Below the pieces are notes generated by a model. That model saw nothing but the letters and a program-made list of their open reading frames with translations, searched no databases and was not told the origin of the DNA. From Monosiga brevicollis MX1 (Eukaryota), in assembly GCF_000002865.3 (NCBI RefSeq), contig NW_001865082.1, positions 212,381 to 259,076 of the forward strand: DNA of 46,696 nt. The letters run 5' to 3'. Positions 45,571 to 46,696 of the stretch are shown here, one piece after another (position 1 is the stretch's first letter; every line of letters starts with the position of its first letter). Both the position numbers and the translations under genes were made by a program.

Positions 45571-46696
45571 CTGTGGAATCACATCGTAGCTGAGCATCCC
45601 GACGAACCAGAGGCCAAGCAGCCGCCTCGACGAGTCAAGCTGCAAAAGCCGCTGCGCGGTGCTGGAGCCCGCTGTGTCGAGGTCATTGTGGAGGAAAGCC
45701 ACGACGCCTCGGCAGCCGATGTGAGCGAAAACGAGGAGGAGCTCGAGGAGCAGCAGCGGTTCAAGCAGTTTATCTCAAGCGCCCAGGCCATGGCCTCAGA
45801 GGCCGAGGAGAAGCGCTGCCCGCACGGCGTTCACCAGATGCATCCGTTCTACGACAGCGTGGGCATGACGCTGGTCATCAACGAGCTGAAGCCAGAGCGT
45901 ATGGTCGAACTGGGCCACAACACACCGTCGGCACTCCTCGAGTCGGGCATGCATGAGCTATTCTGGACGGCCTACGAGCAGCTCTCGGATCAGGGCCTGG
46001 CCGCCGCTGCGGTGACGCGTCTGTTTGACGACAATGAAGGGCAGTATCGGCATCGCCCCATGCGGCAAGTACAGCCGCAAACCGTCAGCAGGTACCTGAG
46101 TCTTGGGACACGCCTGGTCCAATTTTTGCTGCTGCTGGAGGCCATGCCAGCCCCCGATCCGTCTAGCTTTCTGGGCCAGGTGCTTGCCAGCCGCGGCCCT
46201 GCGGTAATTGATGCCACCGTGGCTCTGAGGGCGGGCCTGAACGCTGAAATGACCAAGAAAGAGCTGGTCGAGCCCCTCACGTCCCTGTGGCTGGCCCTGG
46301 TGGAGGTGGAGCTGAGCCTATTTGACAACGACAAGGTGCACTTTGTCAACGTCTTCCTATTGTGCACGGCCGTGTCCAAAGGAAGCGGCATCCTGCAAGA
46401 CATCAGGCAGTGGACCACGACGCCCGCTGGACTGCTGTACGTTTTCAAATTGTTCCTGCTTCGCCGTGGCAAGAATGAGTCGTGGTCAGTGGCCAACGAG
46501 TTGAGGCCGTATATGCAGCCCGGGCGATTGGTGCATTTCTTGAGCCAGCGCATGAGCATGGCACGAACAGCGAGCGTGGCCGAGGGGCAGGCTGGAGTCG
46601 ACGTCGACATCCGAGCCGATGGCGACGTGACGGACGAGACGCTGCGCACCATTGTCTGCCGAGGTATTGAGCTCAATGTGGAGGAGCTCGGGGCCG
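45571..46696 (+). CDS. Stop-free frame of about 375 codons, open at both ends, resembling the N-terminal region of telomere-linked helicases
   Basis: Missing from the ORF track because it has no stop. Reads LWNHIVAEHP...RRVKLQKPL...CVEV, then HRPMRQVQPQTVSRYLSLGTRLVQFLL, then VHFVNVFLLCTAVSKGSGILQDIRQWTTTPAGLLYVFKLFLL. GC-rich and intronless. The family assignment is by motif recall only. Confidence 0.65.
   Translation, partial: MWNHIVAEHPDEPEAKQPPRRVKLQKPLRGAGARCVEVIVEESHDASAADVSENEEELEEQQRFKQFISSAQAMASEAEEKRCPHGVHQMHPFYDSVGMTLVINELKPERMVELGHNTPSALLESGMHELFWTAYEQLSDQGLAAAAVTRLFDDNEGQYRHRPMRQVQPQTVSRYLSLGTRLVQFLLLLEAMPAPDPSSFLGQVLASRGPAVIDATVALRAGLNAEMTKKELVEPLTSLWLALVEVELSLFDNDKVHFVNVFLLCTAVSKGSGILQDIRQWTTTPAGLLYVFKLFLLRRGKNESWSVANELRPYMQPGRLVHFLSQRMSMARTASVAEGQAGVDVDIRADGDVTDETLRTIVCRGIELNVEELGA

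Noticed and set aside
45990..46676. 228-aa minus-strand ORF
   Set aside because: Antisense to the longer stop-free plus-strand frame 45571-46696, which looks like the real coding strand.

Overview
Eukaryotic, intron-rich, gene-dense DNA with short GT-AG introns, CA/GA microsatellites and three assembly gaps. Style and gene content are most consistent with a choanoflagellate such as Monosiga (inference, not provable here). The left half is mostly ordinary genes: IMP2-type mitochondrial peptidase (3' end), a JmjC/cupin oxygenase, an intronless piggyBac-like transposase, kinesin-5, ABCE1/RLI1, a Kelch protein with an N-terminal hydrophobic segment, a UvrD/PcrA-like helicase, and a receptor with a periplasmic-binding-protein-like ectodomain, a kinase and a guanylyl cyclase. 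The right half looks accessory and probably subtelomeric: a three-module fibrinogen-related gene, an ankyrin gene with one repeat per 99-bp exon, a Crinkler-like REase+kinase ORF, two broken RecQ-like helicase copies, a ~202-bp tandem array, and the N-terminal part of a telomere-linked-helicase-like ORF running off the window. The clearest structural anomaly is a 360-bp inversion (27062-27421) inside the fibrinogen-related gene; reverse-complementing it restores the reading frame at both junctions.
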